Assembly: GCA_012295275.1 (NCBI GenBank) | Contig: CM022672.1 | Span: forward strand, 15,438,001-15,502,000 | Direction: 5' to 3' | From: Chrysomallon squamiferum | Lineage: Eukaryota; Animalia; Mollusca | Length of the DNA: 64,000 nucleotides | In this document: in pieces, positions 14,023-29,206 of the stretch | Layout: the number at the start of each line of letters is the position of its first letter | Position numbering within the stretch: position 1 is the stretch's first letter | The notes under the pieces: model-generated | The model's database searches: none | What the model saw: only the letters and a program-made list of their open reading frames with translations | Told to the model about the DNA's origin: nothing | Program-made: the position numbers and the translations under genes

Positions 14023-17000
14023 TTATTATTTTTTAAATAATGACATGCAATACAAAAAGTTCCCCCAACAACAAACAATAACTTTAACTTGGCCTAATAT
14101 CACAAAAAACAATTATCAAGAACAATGAAGATGAAATCATACTTTGAAGATTACATTAATACAGAAACAATCAATAGACAAAAAGACATTTGTAAAAACA
14201 TTCAGAAAAAAAATTAACAATTTACATAACATTTATAAAAACTATTAATCTTCAAAATATTCAGCATAACAAAAAAAAACTTGCTTAGAAATTATACAAT
14301 TCACATCCCTGCTGTTAAAGACCCATACACCCACATACATTTTTAAAACCCGGTAGACTTAATGACATTCAGCTTGTCTTGACCATCATATTCAGAGGCT
14401 TTCAAATAACATTAATGAGCAGTAAAAATATTATTTTTAGTGCATTAGCAAAACTGGGAGTCTATAAATGGAAGGATTATTCCTGTACATCTGATAATTA
14501 GCAGATGTACATGACAGTCAATTGTGCTTTTGGCTATCAGGAATATTCATGATAGGTTTCAAAGACAAACATATTATATTAACTAAATCAGAATATCTAA
14601 CAAGTCGCTGAAAGAAACAAGAGTAAATGGTTCACTAAAACAAATAAAAGAATACTGTTTACTAACAGGCACAAGATGATACTGTATATTAACAGACAGA
14701 AAAATATTGTTTAGCAGTGGACACAATACAGTTTACCAAAACACATGTAAGGATACTGTACTAACAGATACAAGATGATACTAACTGTCACAAGTGACAA
14801 GATGTCAGGTTTACTAACAGGAATATAAGAATAGCATTTACTAGTAAGACACAAAATAATACTGCTTACTAATTTAGTAGTTAGACACAATATTCTTCAA
14901 TAACAGGCCCATGAAAATATTTTTTCTAATAGACAAAAATGAATGTTTGCTAACAGACACCTGGAGGTATAATTTACTAATAAATATAGAAAACAATGTT
15001 TACTAACAAGTGTAAATGTATTAACAAAACAAAGATGATAAACATACACAAACTCATAACATTCTAAAATATGTGCAACCAATAACCTGCTTTTTGTTTT
15101 CAACGTAACAAGTCTAGTCATTAAAAATACTCTGAAACCAAGACAGACACTGAATAAAAGAATGAATATTTGATTCAAAATATGCTCCCTTACTTCTGTA
15201 TAGACATTTCAAAATGTTTTCTATCTCCATCTATACCAGTATGGGGCTCTATGCTATATTAGATAAAACAGATACAGAATAATTATGTCCAACAGAGAAT
15301 CTTAATGACTGCTGTCAGTTGTTGAAAGCTCAGGCAATTACAATGGGAGCTGTGATCAGATGCCTGGACTGATTGAAGCCCTATTGGAAAAAAGTGAGTA
15401 CATCATTTCAACATGGACAAAGGACTAACTTCCACATCCCAATTATTTGATCCACTGATAGAACAGCTCGTGTAGAATTGTGAGATTGTTCTTCTCAGTT
15501 ATTTACTCGCAGACTTTATTTGTCTGCCACAACTGTTCAATATAACCCATTCATTATTCCAGCAAGCTGCCACTTAAATAGCACGTGAAAATGTCAGATG
15601 GTCAGTTAACCCAAATAAATGCTTCTGAATGCAAATGAAACAGAAAAGTCTGATTAACAGCAAAACAACAACAGAATCAACAATAACAGTAAAACAGAAA
15701 ACAAAACTTTATCAGTTAATCAATGGAATGGATTTTGAAAACAATCTTTTTTGGCAGAGGTTTTCTTGTAAAATTATGGAAGACTTTGATACTGGATTTT
15801 GAAAAAGATATATAACTTAAAAATAGAAATATTCTATTTTTAACATTACCACAAACAATATAATGGTCAAATGTTATAATAAATATATTTAGGATGATTT
15901 TGATCAATGAACTGTAGGTCTATGGAGTTGTGAAAACAGACTACTATAATGATCACTGTGGACTTTATAAAACATTTTTAATTTGAAGACAGCATCAAAA
16001 ATTAACAAACAAAATTTAACTGTGTTTTTTTTTTTGCAAAACAAACATATTTTTAAGAAGTTATTAAACAAAAACATTTTTTAATTTTACAAAACAAACC
16101 TAATTTTTGAAGCTGCAGACCTAAGAAGTAATAGATATACTAAAACAAATTCTATTTTTAAAACAAGCTAAAAAGATTAAGAAAATAATGAACTGTGGTA
16201 TTTTAAACTAACTAAATTATTTGTTTCACATAAACAAAACTAATTATTAAGTTGGCTCGAAAGCGATGACTGCATAAAATAAATGTGTTTTTTAAGACAA
16301 CCCCATCCACTAAGTGGCAATGCTGCTTTCCTATAAAGCCGACACTGTTCTTGTTTACAAGATTCCAATCAGCAGTCAGTAACTTCAGTGAACTACAAGA
16401 AAGTCAGTTGTTGAAACTCTCACACTTCAGAGTTCTTAGAACCAATTTGAACATCAAATAACTTGTAATTATTCCTAAAGATACCAGAGTTCAGTTACCT
16501 CATTAGAGATGTATCTCACTCTTTTCTTAACGACTGTAAACAAATATAGAATAGTTTGGTCTAAATTAAGATATACAGGTTTACTTCAACACTGTTTCTC
16601 TGAAAGAGTATTTCTTTATGCACCATAATTTTTATTTTATTTTATTAATTTTTTTTATCTAAAAAGTATACCTTATTAAATATAAAAGACAAAATACTCT
16701 TCTTATATTTGTAAGATAGCATTCATTTTATTATCTAAAATGAATAGGTATCATATTCTTTAACACACACATATATGCATCTTTGCAGACATACATATCT
16801 GCATACATTCGTAGATGTATGCATAGAGTACACATCATTATAAAACTGTTTATAGCTAACATAAATAACATGACAAATACCTTTTCAAAACACATTAGTG
16901 TTTTTTTACATCATACATATTTCATTTATAAGTTACCTAAATAGTTTATTCTCACATGTGCAAGTTATGTGTGTTGTCTTGGACATGGGAGAAAGTTTAA

Positions 17001-20000
17001 AATGTTTTCTTCATGTGGTAAGAAGCCACTCAGCTGTTGCAAATGCTGAAATAGCTTTGACGTGAAAACTCATCATTTCAGCTTTTTATCATAAATTGAA
17101 TAACTTCGAGTAATAAAGTCAAGTGCTTTCAATTACAGCAATACTATTAAAAATAAATGCAATCAGCAAGTGTAATGCTGTAAATGCAACATTTAATAAG
17201 CACCTGAACATTTTTTGGCTTCCTCGAGCAGATTTTAGATGAAAAAACAAACTGTTTTGAAGACTGTCTTTGAAGTGTTTGGTTTTTACTAAAATAAAAT
17301 AAAAGTCTTGATATGTGCACAATGCAATAACTATTGTTTGATTTTCTGTAACAACTACAAAGGATTGGGTATTACTTACTGGATGCCACAGATATCAGGA
17401 TCAATACTCGTCTGTGCACTGTCTGGGCTATTTCATTTAAATATTACTTTAGCACCAGTTTACCAAAGGCCATGCCCTGCATTTTCATTTATATAGGCCA
17501 GCACAAATAAAAGATTAAAAAAGAGTAACATGTGAAGTGATGACTTCAGGTTTCTTCACTTATAACATCAGAAAAATATGCTCTTTTAAAATACGTTGTT
17601 ACATATTCATTCGTGGAAACTAGAAATCTGTTATTTCTTCTAGTCAAGAATAGCTGTCAAAACTGACAGAAAATTAGTTTTACAAATCACTCCATGAAAA
17701 ATGATATGAACTGACCAAAAATGATGGCTTGTATCAGCTTATGGGTTGATAAGCTGTGATAAAATATAACCCAAATGTCAGCACAATTTACAAAGATGGA
17801 GATATTAATCTTTCCTGCTGCTAAATGTAGTTTTCTGATACGGATACATATTAATAGTTGTTTGATATGTTGCTACAGTGATAAGGATAAGAGCTAATTA
17901 ACACAGAAACAACATGTCAGTCTAGGCAGACTGCAGTATCTTCAACAAGATGTCAGATGTTGTAAATGAAACCCCAATAAAATCTGTTTCTCGTTATGTT
18001 AAGAAATACATTGAATTGTTGATATACAAGTCAATAAACAAACATGAAAACCATGGGCCTGGTGTCTTCCCATCTGGTTGAATTCCTAGTTCGTCTAATT
18101 CCCAATTCATCGAAATGACTTGTCTAGCCAAATTATTATTATTATTATTTAATCTGGTCATTTCTAATTCATCAACATTTCCTTTCTGTTAAAAAACAAC
18201 AACAAAAAAAAAAAAAAAAAAAAAAAATCCTAAATTTTATGCTTTTATGGTCAGTTATAAACACATTTCATTAAACATGCATCACAGAGAAAATTTTAGA
18301 TTTGTGGTTTATTATTATAACACTGTACCTATTACTTTACTTATTGAAACATCAGACACATGTGTTTTTAATATGGTATTTTTTTGATGAATACCTTCAT
18401 TTTTAATTATTTACATTCAACTACACTCAGTACATGAACTATTTCAGTATTTTCGTATTTGAATACTGTATGCGATAAGTGATATCCATATTTCCAATCG
18501 TTAAGTGAAATATCAGTAAGCAGGAGACTAATTTACATAGAATTAAGATAAAAAACAGTGGTTACGTTCTTCACGATTGAAATTTGACATAAAAAGAAAT
18601 AAAACGGCAATTCAGACATGTTTTAATAGACCATAGATATTAAACAAACAGTAAATCATTTATAAATAAATTTTACAAATACTTTAAGAAATAATTATAT
18701 GCTGCTGATTGTGGGTTTATTTTTGTCAGTTTTGGTTCCATTTAAGATATCGTATTTTGTTTCTAAAATTATTGTCTTCCATTTCTTTTTATCATAATTT
18801 TCGCTGGTGTACTTTTATTTGTTTTGACATATTGAAATGGTAAATTACAAAAGGGTTAAGTCTAAATGGAAACAAAAGAGACAAGACAATCTGAACACCA
18901 CATGTACGTATGACGTCTCAAAGTCAACTGATCAACATAGCTTATGGAAGCTTATGAATGGAAGCGAAAAATGAATGAAAACGGACTTAAACACATGCAT
19001 TGTACTCATTTTTGTATCATTTATTTCAAGCAATTAACTATTAAATTTCTATTTATATAATTTGTAAAAAAAAAAAAAAAAAGATCGTTAAAGCAGGATA
19101 TCGTTAAGTGAGGTATTACTATATCTGTACAATAATAATCAGTTTCCAAATGATCTGGAACAGTTCATTATAATGACTGAGGTAAAAACAAGCATGTAAA
19201 TAATACCACTGAACCATATTCAGCCTTTCGACAAACTGGGAATTCTTCCAGATGGGTGTAACCTGGCCTGGTTGTACAAATGAGCCAATATACAATGATA
19301 CCAAACTGGGGTATGAATACACAAATGAATAACTATTTGTTTAAGGACGTTATAAATATTCTATTATTAACTGCTGTGAACAAAACATGTTTCTTGTACA
19401 AGAAAGTAACTGCCACGACACCATGGCTACTCAGTAATTTTTGGTTAAGGCTCAGGTGTTCAACTTGAGAGCACAGATGAGTACTGTTTTATAAAACTAC
19501 TTGAAAATAATCCTGATCCGAAGATGAAAGCATGAACTATACCAAACATTAACAAAAACACTATTGAAAATATTAAAAACAGCACATGGCAGACAAATTT
19601 ATCATCTATGTACAAAGATGGCAGTGGTATATAAAGGTTGTTTATGACGCAGGAAATATGAATATATGCACAACTCAGTATTACTAAAATGCTACTTAAT
19701 ATCTGAATCAGTGAGCAGAGCCATGAAAGACAAGAATCAGCATGGTATTTTGCTAAATTACTATGCACAGGAGAGTGAAGAAATAAAACAGGCACATAAA
19801 GAGGATTGATCTTGCAATATTAGACTTCTGTTTTTAGAACAAAGTAAAGTCCACTCTAGACAGATCAGATAGATTATTGTCTATTTACGAGAGAAAAAAA
19901 TAATTTTTATTTTTTTAAAAGCTGAACAGTTGATTATATATGTACAAAGGTAATCATCAAATGTATCAATGAACAAGAAGATATGGATTTATTAATTGTA

Positions 20001-23000
20001 ACTAGAAAAATTAGCTTTAAATGAAAGACCTGTTTGTAAATCTTTATTTTAAACTAATCTTAGCTTACTACTCCTCTAATTATCCAGACTACTGAAGACT
20101 TAAAAGTCATGGTTTAATTCTGCACCTGCCAGTTATCTTTGCCTTGATAATAATAAACCAGCATACTGGTGTTTTATGCAGACTTCAAGGAAAAGTTCTG
20201 TGAATATTATTTATCAAAACAAAAATAATAATAGAATAAAAAAGTAACCATAGCAATATAATGTAGGTCTGACATTTCTGTCTCAAACTGAAAGACACTG
20301 AACAATAAGCATATATATTTTATATTATAATGTATTTGACTTGTCCACTCAAACTGCAAGACAGAAGATAAAAAAGAGGAACAAATGTATGTGTAGCTGC
20401 AACAAATACAATGCAAGACACTGAACAATCCTGACAACAACAACTTGGTTCAATAAATCGATAAGCACACAAATTCTAATCATATTAATTCAGTGCCCAC
20501 CTAAGTTCATGACTCCAGTAGAAATCGTAATGATTTTATCAACAAGACAGTGTTGATTTCTTTCCGAAATGATCAGCAGACATTTCCTGGTATGCTAATC
20601 AAACAAATTAAAGAGTCAAGTTTAAGGTAACTCCCATCCATCTTAATCAGTGTAATCCTGAAAGAGTATTAGTTTTCATTTCCAACGAGAATTCAAACAG
20701 TCAATTACGTTTACCTCAGAACATTTCATTATAAGAATTAACAGCATCCCAAAGGTTCTGCTTAGACCTAATAAATATTACAATGTTTGTACAAGATCAA
20801 AATTTCTGTAATCTAGGAGTGAGAAAATCATGTTGTAAAAATACCATTAATTTAATACATGTATGTAATAAAAGGATTTATAGAAAAAAATAATTTAAAA
20901 AAGTCATAATATAAAGCAACTAAATTATATAATGTGTTTATTTTATTGAAATATGCTTGAAAATTTAAAAATAATAGGTAATAACAATAACAACAACAAA
21001 TTTCCAAGATTAAATCTCTATAGTTTCTTTTCTGAAAGCAATGCTGTTTCTTGCTGAACTGACACTGGTCAGAAATCCTGCAAATGACTTGTTTTGCATG
21101 TTAATCTCTGGTGACTACTTGTAAAAGGAGTTGTAACAGAATCTCTGGTATCTCATGGCGCACTTTAATCATTACAGTATGACACCAGGCTGTGTTCTCT
21201 TTCTACCCACAGTTCAAAACAATACAGTTATTATGGGTTATCAATTCAAGAATAATTAACAAATTAAGCAGTTCTATCCAAAAAGAGATAATACAGCTCA
21301 GAAAGTCTCATTAATGAAGAGACTAACTGAGTAACACCCAAGCATGAAAACACAGTCTGGTACTGGGTGTGATTCTATGGTCATAATAATAATAAAAGAG
21401 TATTATAAACCAATCAGTGTAAAAAGCTGATTTATAATACATCAGTGATCAATAGTGAAGAGGTTAATGGCAAATGAGGGTAATTTTGTTTATAGATCTT
21501 CAAAATATTTTACATCAGTATAATTAGATTTCATTAGCAATGAACAAAAATCTTAACACAGTCATATTGTTGCCAGTTATTATTAATTCTGCTGATAACA
21601 AGAAAGAAAGTGGGAGAAAACAAAACCCAAGTAGCAGCAGTGTAGTAGAAAAATTCATTACTGTGGGTCAATTTGTCAGCCTGTCAAACTGTTGATTTAA
21701 CATCTAAAACCCAATTAACTCTTTTTATGCCAACACTCCTGGAGTAACTTTTTGGTATAATACTGACAAGGACAAATAACAATATGTATGTTGGGGGACC
21801 ATTTTTTTTTTCCCATCATTAATGTTTGTGGTTTCACTGAAATTATCTGAATTAATACACAAACAACATGTCAAATTTTTTAAACTTATCTTTTAATACA
21901 TTTAGATGTCATACAACAGACACTGATGATCTATGTATCTATGACATTCACTAACAATCAGTAAAGTATTGTCTAAGTGGAGAGATATCTGCCAGAATAA
22001 GCAATCCATTTGATTAAGACAAGACTAAGTAAACCTCTGGCTATCACAGATTTCTGCAGACTGTGTGGAACATTATTTATTTTGCAGGTTATACAGCTTC
22101 TATCCTGTTTGATGTGAAAGATTATTGACCATTTATGGAGCTAGCTTGAGACCAGAGGTGACCCACATTTCTGGATTTTCTGGGTTCTGGACCAAGGCTT
22201 AATACACATATAAAATATACAATAGAGCAAAGAGCAAAATTGGATTTAACTAATTATTACACTTGTAAAGCCAGTTTTCTGGAGGCCAGTAAACGTTCTG
22301 GTATCTGAATGGAAAACTAATTATATTTAAGAGGTATTATTAAAAGTAACTACTAAACTGTTTTTCTTTATTGAAATATGATCATTAGAAAAAGAAATAG
22401 AAAAACGCACGCACGCACACACACACACACATATTATATTATTTATCTATCTCTGTAATAATTTCAGAAAATTGGAGCAAGTAAAAAATATCATTTACAT
22501 GTGGATTCCTTTGTTTTTTAAAATAAAAACCAGTTATTTCTCAGAACCAGATTCAGAATTTTTTGAACTGGGAGAGGTTGAAGGCAACCTAGTTATTACT
22601 AGTACCGCATCATATATCATTTCTTGATAAACTTATCTTTATTATTTACAAATATTTTTATCTGTGTATTTTTGGAATGATGAGGAATTTGTGTCTGGGT
22701 TTCTATTTATCACAGTTACAGCAAGTCATGATGTCACTGTGATTAATCAAAGTGACAAATCACTTCCTTTCACTTGTTGAATTACAAACAAGTTAAAATG
22801 GGTAGCCTTCACTTTTAGTAGCAGCTCTCTGACAGTCATGAATTAAACATCAGAAGGATTATTTTTTTTACATAAATGTGTTGATGTATTGCAAGCAAAA
22901 CATGAACTAAATAATGAAAAAAGTCCACACGTATTGTTTGTGCTTCTTTTTTCTTCTTTTTTTTTCAATAAAAAGTGTATGAAGAAGGGCAAGAAGAGAT

Positions 23001-26000
23001 AAAATAATCTACAGATGTTAATTCTACTATCCACTCACACATACTTCACAAAAGGTTTTTTTTTTTTTTCTTTTTTTGATTGATAATGTGATAAAAAAAG
23101 AAATGAAGGAAAAAAAGCTTGTAGGTTGTGCTGTCATGAAACATAAAATTTAGTATTGGCCAGAAATTGGACAAAATAATAATAGCTGTAGAAAAAGAAA
23201 AGGAGTATTTTAAAGAAATATAGATGTTCAAAACAGAAATATTTAAAAAAAAAAAACACTGCTAAGTTAAAACTAGTGCCCATGACAACTTAATCATTAA
23301 CATATTTCAGATGTTATAGACCCTGAAAAAGAAATTACCATTAAAAATTTCTACAGTAATTTCCAATATAATGTAAAGTGAAGTGAGCAACTACATGCGT
23401 TACATGCAATAATATAATTTGTTAAGCAGCACCTCACTGGCTCTCATTTTCACTTCTCACAGAATTAACAACAGCTTGTACCTGAAGTCATTATTAGATG
23501 TTTTGTTAACCAAGGCAACATGACAAAATATCCAGCAACAACATTTCCAAATGACAAGTTGAAATTAATCAGACAAATTTCATTAAAGATAAAAATTAAA
23601 CTGTTAGTAATATAAAAATATTTTGAAATACATTTGACGATTATGTTAGTTTATTAAATATCTATTCACAGAAACAGAACATTTCTTTATCTGTTGGCAA
23701 TATTTTCTCTTTATTATTACATTATTATCTGCCTTCAATGAAAAAGTTGTTTTGACTTTTATTTATTTCATTAAGTATTTATTTACTAACATTCATATAT
23801 CTATCTAAGCTAGCATTCCTTTGCCAACAGAACAAAAATAAATATTAAAATTAGTAAATTATTGAACACTTAAAAATTCAGACTATGTGCTAACTCTTAA
23901 TTTGTTTTGTAAGATCTATTTCGTTCTGACCTGCATTTAGTCAAAGCATGGACTCATAATTTACAATACCTTTAATAAATTATTATGCCTCATTATTCAG
24001 ATAATTCTTAAATTGTTATGTAAATTTTGCCAGGTCTATTTCAGTGCAAGACTAAGCAGTATTCTGAAGTTAAGAAATAACTGTAACTGGTAACACTCAT
24101 GTTAGTTTTTTCAGATAATCTGAGTTTGTTAAGGAAAATTAAGAGGGTATATATTTAATTATCATCTGTACAACAATTAGAAATCGTGAGTAAAAAGTGC
24201 ACAATCTGCAGCATTCTGGCCAGCAATTAGTCAAGTAATAAAAGTAACTATAACAGATAAGGTTTATTTAAAAAGCTCATTGGAACCTTAATTCATATGC
24301 CCATTAAATCAGTGTGTACATAAATACTTCAGGTCAGGAAACTGCCTGACTTTGATCTCATTGCTGACGTCTGCTTTTTCCACATCCTCCAGGGTAATTA
24401 TCTTCTTGCTGTTAATTGTGCTTCTAAGATTTTTTATTTAGTTGAATATTCACTGTCTTAAGTTGTAATGAAAACTGTTCTGAGTGAGTCCAGCTGTCAT
24501 GTGTTAAATATCCCAGTGGAGCTGAATCAGTAATAGTATTTGTTTAGTAATCTCCTGCCAGACAACATTTCAGACATCTTGTATTAAGGTTGCTTATATT
24601 TATGCAAAATAATTTAAAACTACTGTACTGATCATAAAGATCTCATTTTCAAGCTGAATTACATTTTAAATGAAGTAATAAATTTTATGGCCAACTAAAA
24701 AGGATATGCTTCCTAATTTACAATTTTATTTAGAAAAATAATACATGTATAATTTTTAACACTGTGTGTTTGTAATAAAATTTCTGGCAGTAAACAGGAT
24801 GTCTTTTAGTGCAGACCGATTCTATTTTTGTTAGTTTTAAAACTGTGTTCTGTTTTCGTATATTTATATAGTAAAACCTTGTTGCTTATAGCTGTATAGC
24901 AATATATATTTATTAATCCATTTAAGTAAATCTATTATTTACCTATGAATGATTTATTATTGACTACTGGGTAAACTTTGACTCGATTTTTTGTTTCTCT
25001 GTCCACAGTATCCTTTAAGTTTGTGAATGTTGTCTTCCTTTAATTTTTTTTATGAAATAAACACGTACAAACATAAGAAAAAGAAATAATAAAATATAAT
25101 GATGATGATAATGATAGTATAAAAAAATAATTCCATAAAAAATATTCATTGTAAAATAAAAATCCAAGAAAAATTATTCTACTGTTTTGGTTTTCATTAT
25201 ACTAGTAACTAGAATTATTCTTTAAAACAATCATTTTCAAGGCAAGAAAAAAAGAAAGAAATAATAATAAATGGAGAATGCCTCTATGCAATAAATATTT
25301 AACCACATCTCAACATATTTTACTTTTAATCATTAAATGATGTTTAGCATAATGGTGTTTGTAATAGAAGAAAATAGGGAAGTGAAAATCCAGAGTTTCA
25401 ACTCCACTGACTACTTATGGATTAGCACCTGTGCCACCAATGCAATGACTACTTTTGGATTACCAGCAAAGTATCTTTAAAATATAGATTCACATTCATT
25501 TAATTTCTATATCATAATGATTTTTATTTCATTACACTTAGACTTTCATGAACATTACAGATTATTTTGCCACAATGATAACTTGGCTGGTGTAAACAAA
25601 TTTCAGATTTCCAAACAATCTATACAAAGTTAATTTCTTACAGTAAAATTTAAGACAAATTATATGATTTGTATAAAATAACTAACTTTTGATAATGAGA
25701 TAACATAATATACATATATACTTCTACTAATATATGTATACTGTTAAAAATAAACATCTGAATTGTTAAAAAAAAAGAAAAAAAAGAAACAAGAACTTTA
25801 ATGTGATTAATCATAATATTTTGAATTTAAAATGTAATAAACAATTTACAGATTAATACATGCCTGTTTTGACTTATTATGAAGAGAATTTATGTTTTGG
25901 GGGAAATAATTTTAATTCACTAATAAAAGTTAATGTTTTTTTTAAAGCCTGGGTTTGTTTGACAGTCAATGTTAACACATCAGATTACTGAAATAGGAAG

Positions 26001-29000
26001 CTAACTCTGCTAATGACTGATGTGGCATTTTAAAACCCATAAATACATAGAAGAAAAGAACACAGTAATATAATAATGTATTCATGATAGACCCATAATA
26101 AAGACATTAAACAAAATAACAGAACAAGAAATTTTGTTTACATTTTGCATATATTAAAATAATACATTTATTTGGTCATTCTGTCATGGTCAAATAAGTT
26201 TATTCAGATGAAAACTATTATTGTCAGTGAGAAGACCTACTAACAAATACATTAATTAGTGCACATTCCATTATAATTTTTTTCTTGTTTACACAATAAT
26301 AAAAAAAACCAGTGGACCCAAGCCACTCATGAAGAATGTTAAAGGATAACCTGTTTATCAAAGTTTTAGAACTTACCTAAAACTCTGGCATGAAAAACTA
26401 GAGTCAGGGATTTACTTGAGTCTGTCTTGTCAAGTATTATTAGTTTTTCTTCCATCAGTTTTTCCTTGTATGCATTAAACAAAATTGTAAGCTCGTGACC
26501 CTCACCTGGAACAAAAAAAAAAAATTAAATTCAAAATGCATCCAACATCAGGGCAAACATTCAAAACATTTATTTCAGGAAATTAAAATCATTTCATTCC
26601 AAAATTTAAAAAAAAAAAAAAAAAAAAATTAAATTCTATTTGTCATATTCTTTTTTTTATTTTTTAACCAGTCCCCACCCAGTATATATATGTATATTAA
26701 ATATAGAAATTTTAAATGCAGTGGTACCTGGATTTACGAGTTTATTTCATTCCGTGACTGAGCTCGTATCTCAATTTGCTCGTGTATCAAATCAATTTTC
26801 CCAACTGAAATTAATTGAAATACCATTCCAGCACCCCCAAAAACAACACCCCATTTTTTTGTAATGTGTTTTTATATAAGAAAAATGTATTTATAAATGA
26901 CAAATATTGTATAAAAAAACAAAATAAATGAGAATGTAAGGAAATAAATTGGTTTTGTAAATGTATTTATCTTGGAGATCAGACACTTTAGTTTAACGCC
27001 TCTGGCTGGCGTTACATCCTTTATCGACTCCAGCTTCAGTATGGTACATATCATAGAAGTACTACGCTCGTACTGCCCAGCTGAGTTGACTACATGCACA
27101 CCTCACTCATGTTTTTATATGAATTCAAGCTTTAATTCAATGGACATCATCAGCTTCTTCTTCTCAGCACTGTCCTTTGCACTCACTTTCTTAGGAACCA
27201 TGGTCAGATAAAAGAAATTTGGCAAAGTACTACACAAAACGCGAGCACAACACAATAGAGATGCATCTGCTGCAAGGTAACCATGTGAAGTAAACGAGTG
27301 AGACGCGGGATGCTGGCCGGATGTTATGTTGTTCATTGCGCCAACTAGCAGTGGCATACCTGAAGCTCACTTGTAACTTGGATTTTGGTTCGCAACCAAA
27401 GCAAAAAACAGACCAGACAACTGCACATAACTTGAAAAAATGATAAGTTGAGGCACTCGTAAGTGGAGGTACCACTGAATATCTGAGAATGTGTTTCAGT
27501 AACATATAAAATAGTCAAGTGTTCCTTTCTTGATTTTAGAAAATAACAGTAAAGCTTTATCACATAATAAATATTAAAGTGCTTATACTGCCATGGCACA
27601 TAATAAATCTGTTAATAACATACAAACATGTTATCATTAAATATCTTGAGGTTTTAAACATTGGAAATAAAAGTTCATTTGATTGATTTGTTTTCTGGAA
27701 AATGATGGATCAGCAACTGATCTTTTGAATATGAACATTCCCACAGACCGAAAATACATGGATCACTTCTAAATTTAATTTTAAAATTATTTATAATATT
27801 TTTTTTTTATAACAAAATTTGCATTTGTCAAATACAAAATACATCTGTAAATATTCAAGGCTACATTATTTGTATATAACTTTTAAATGGTATTGTACAA
27901 CAGTTATTCAACTCTCCCCAAACTTGACAATGCCTATGATCTGGGGGTAATAAAAAATAAATTATAAAAAACTATATACAGATCTGTCTATAGATTTTCT
28001 AGCTATCAGTTGCTAAAACTGGTAAAATCGGTGGTAATAATGGAAATGTCCCAGGAGGTGGAATGAAGTGTGAATAATAACAATGCTGAAATACATTCTC
28101 CATCCAATTACCATCACGGTGGTCATGTGGGATTCAGAAAATATCCTGTGCATGTCAATTCCTAAATGCTTTGTGAAACTTCATAGTTATGAAATTGTTT
28201 GTTTCTTTGTATACAACGATGAATTTGCTTATCATTTTGTCAAGACAATTCACACTGAATGAATTTATATAAAACTGTTGATGGATGATGAATCTGTTTA
28301 TCTCTTTGTTAAGAATGGTCTATCTAATAATGCTGATGGTGACTGACATTCACAAAAAAGTATTGAAAGATCAATTAGAATATTTCTAAAATTTTAATTC
28401 TAGTAGTTTAATATATATCTGTCTGTCTCTGTGTGTCTTTGTGTGTCTGTCAATGTGTGTGTGTGTGTGTGTGTGTGTTATCTAATTATAAGTAATCTTA
28501 CCATCTTCAGTTGGTTGATATTTTTCCATTTTGACGTGAAGATTTTGCAAAGGATCACATTCTATATCTTCATTTAATTTATCCTTTATACAAAAAGTTA
28601 TCTGATAACAGTGTTTAAACTGCAAGAATCCAAGATGAACATGCACAAGATCTTCACCAGTAGCCTGGGTGATTATTTCTGATTCATGAGAAATCACCTG
28701 GTCTACAGAGAATCGTACATGGCTGTTATCATCATCTAAATAAAGTTCAAAAAGCAAATATAAAACATAAAGAGATTCAGAAAATACATAGTTAATTATA
28801 AAAATTGTACCTAACAGCAGAACCACATGTCTTATAGCAAGTATGTATTATCATGAATCTAAAATTAAAAGATGCTTTAGAGTTTTAACTGCCAATGCCA
28901 ACAACAGTCACCATACTAATAGTTTACATGTCATCAGATGTAGAATGCTTGGATTGTGTAGCAGAAAGAGAAAAGTGGACAAATAAAAAAAGAAGACAGA

Positions 29001-29167
29001 AAGAGAGATCACACAGATTTTGATATCTCAAATATTATGTAATGTAGAAATAACTAATAAACTTCTATTTTGATATATAAATAAGCACCCAAAAATTAGA
29101 TATAACTTAACAGTTTGTTTAACTTGTATCTTTCTATATTAAAATCTCTTTATTAAGAGCAGCATTC

Positions 29168-29206
<39 letters not shown>

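Noticed and set aside
20255-20430. Three diverged copies of CTCAAACTG.AAGACACTGAACAA
   Set aside because: Ordinary small local duplication with no further structure.
9660-26510. AG|GT(A/G)AG starts of ADISSP exons as recursive splice sites
   Set aside because: Explained by split Gly codons at phase-1 introns; no clear ratchet point found within the long intron.
26719-27477. CENP-B-like sequence near SPEF1, as in human 20p13
   Set aside because: This is a decayed multicopy transposon; CENPB is a mammalian domestication, so the proximity is coincidental.
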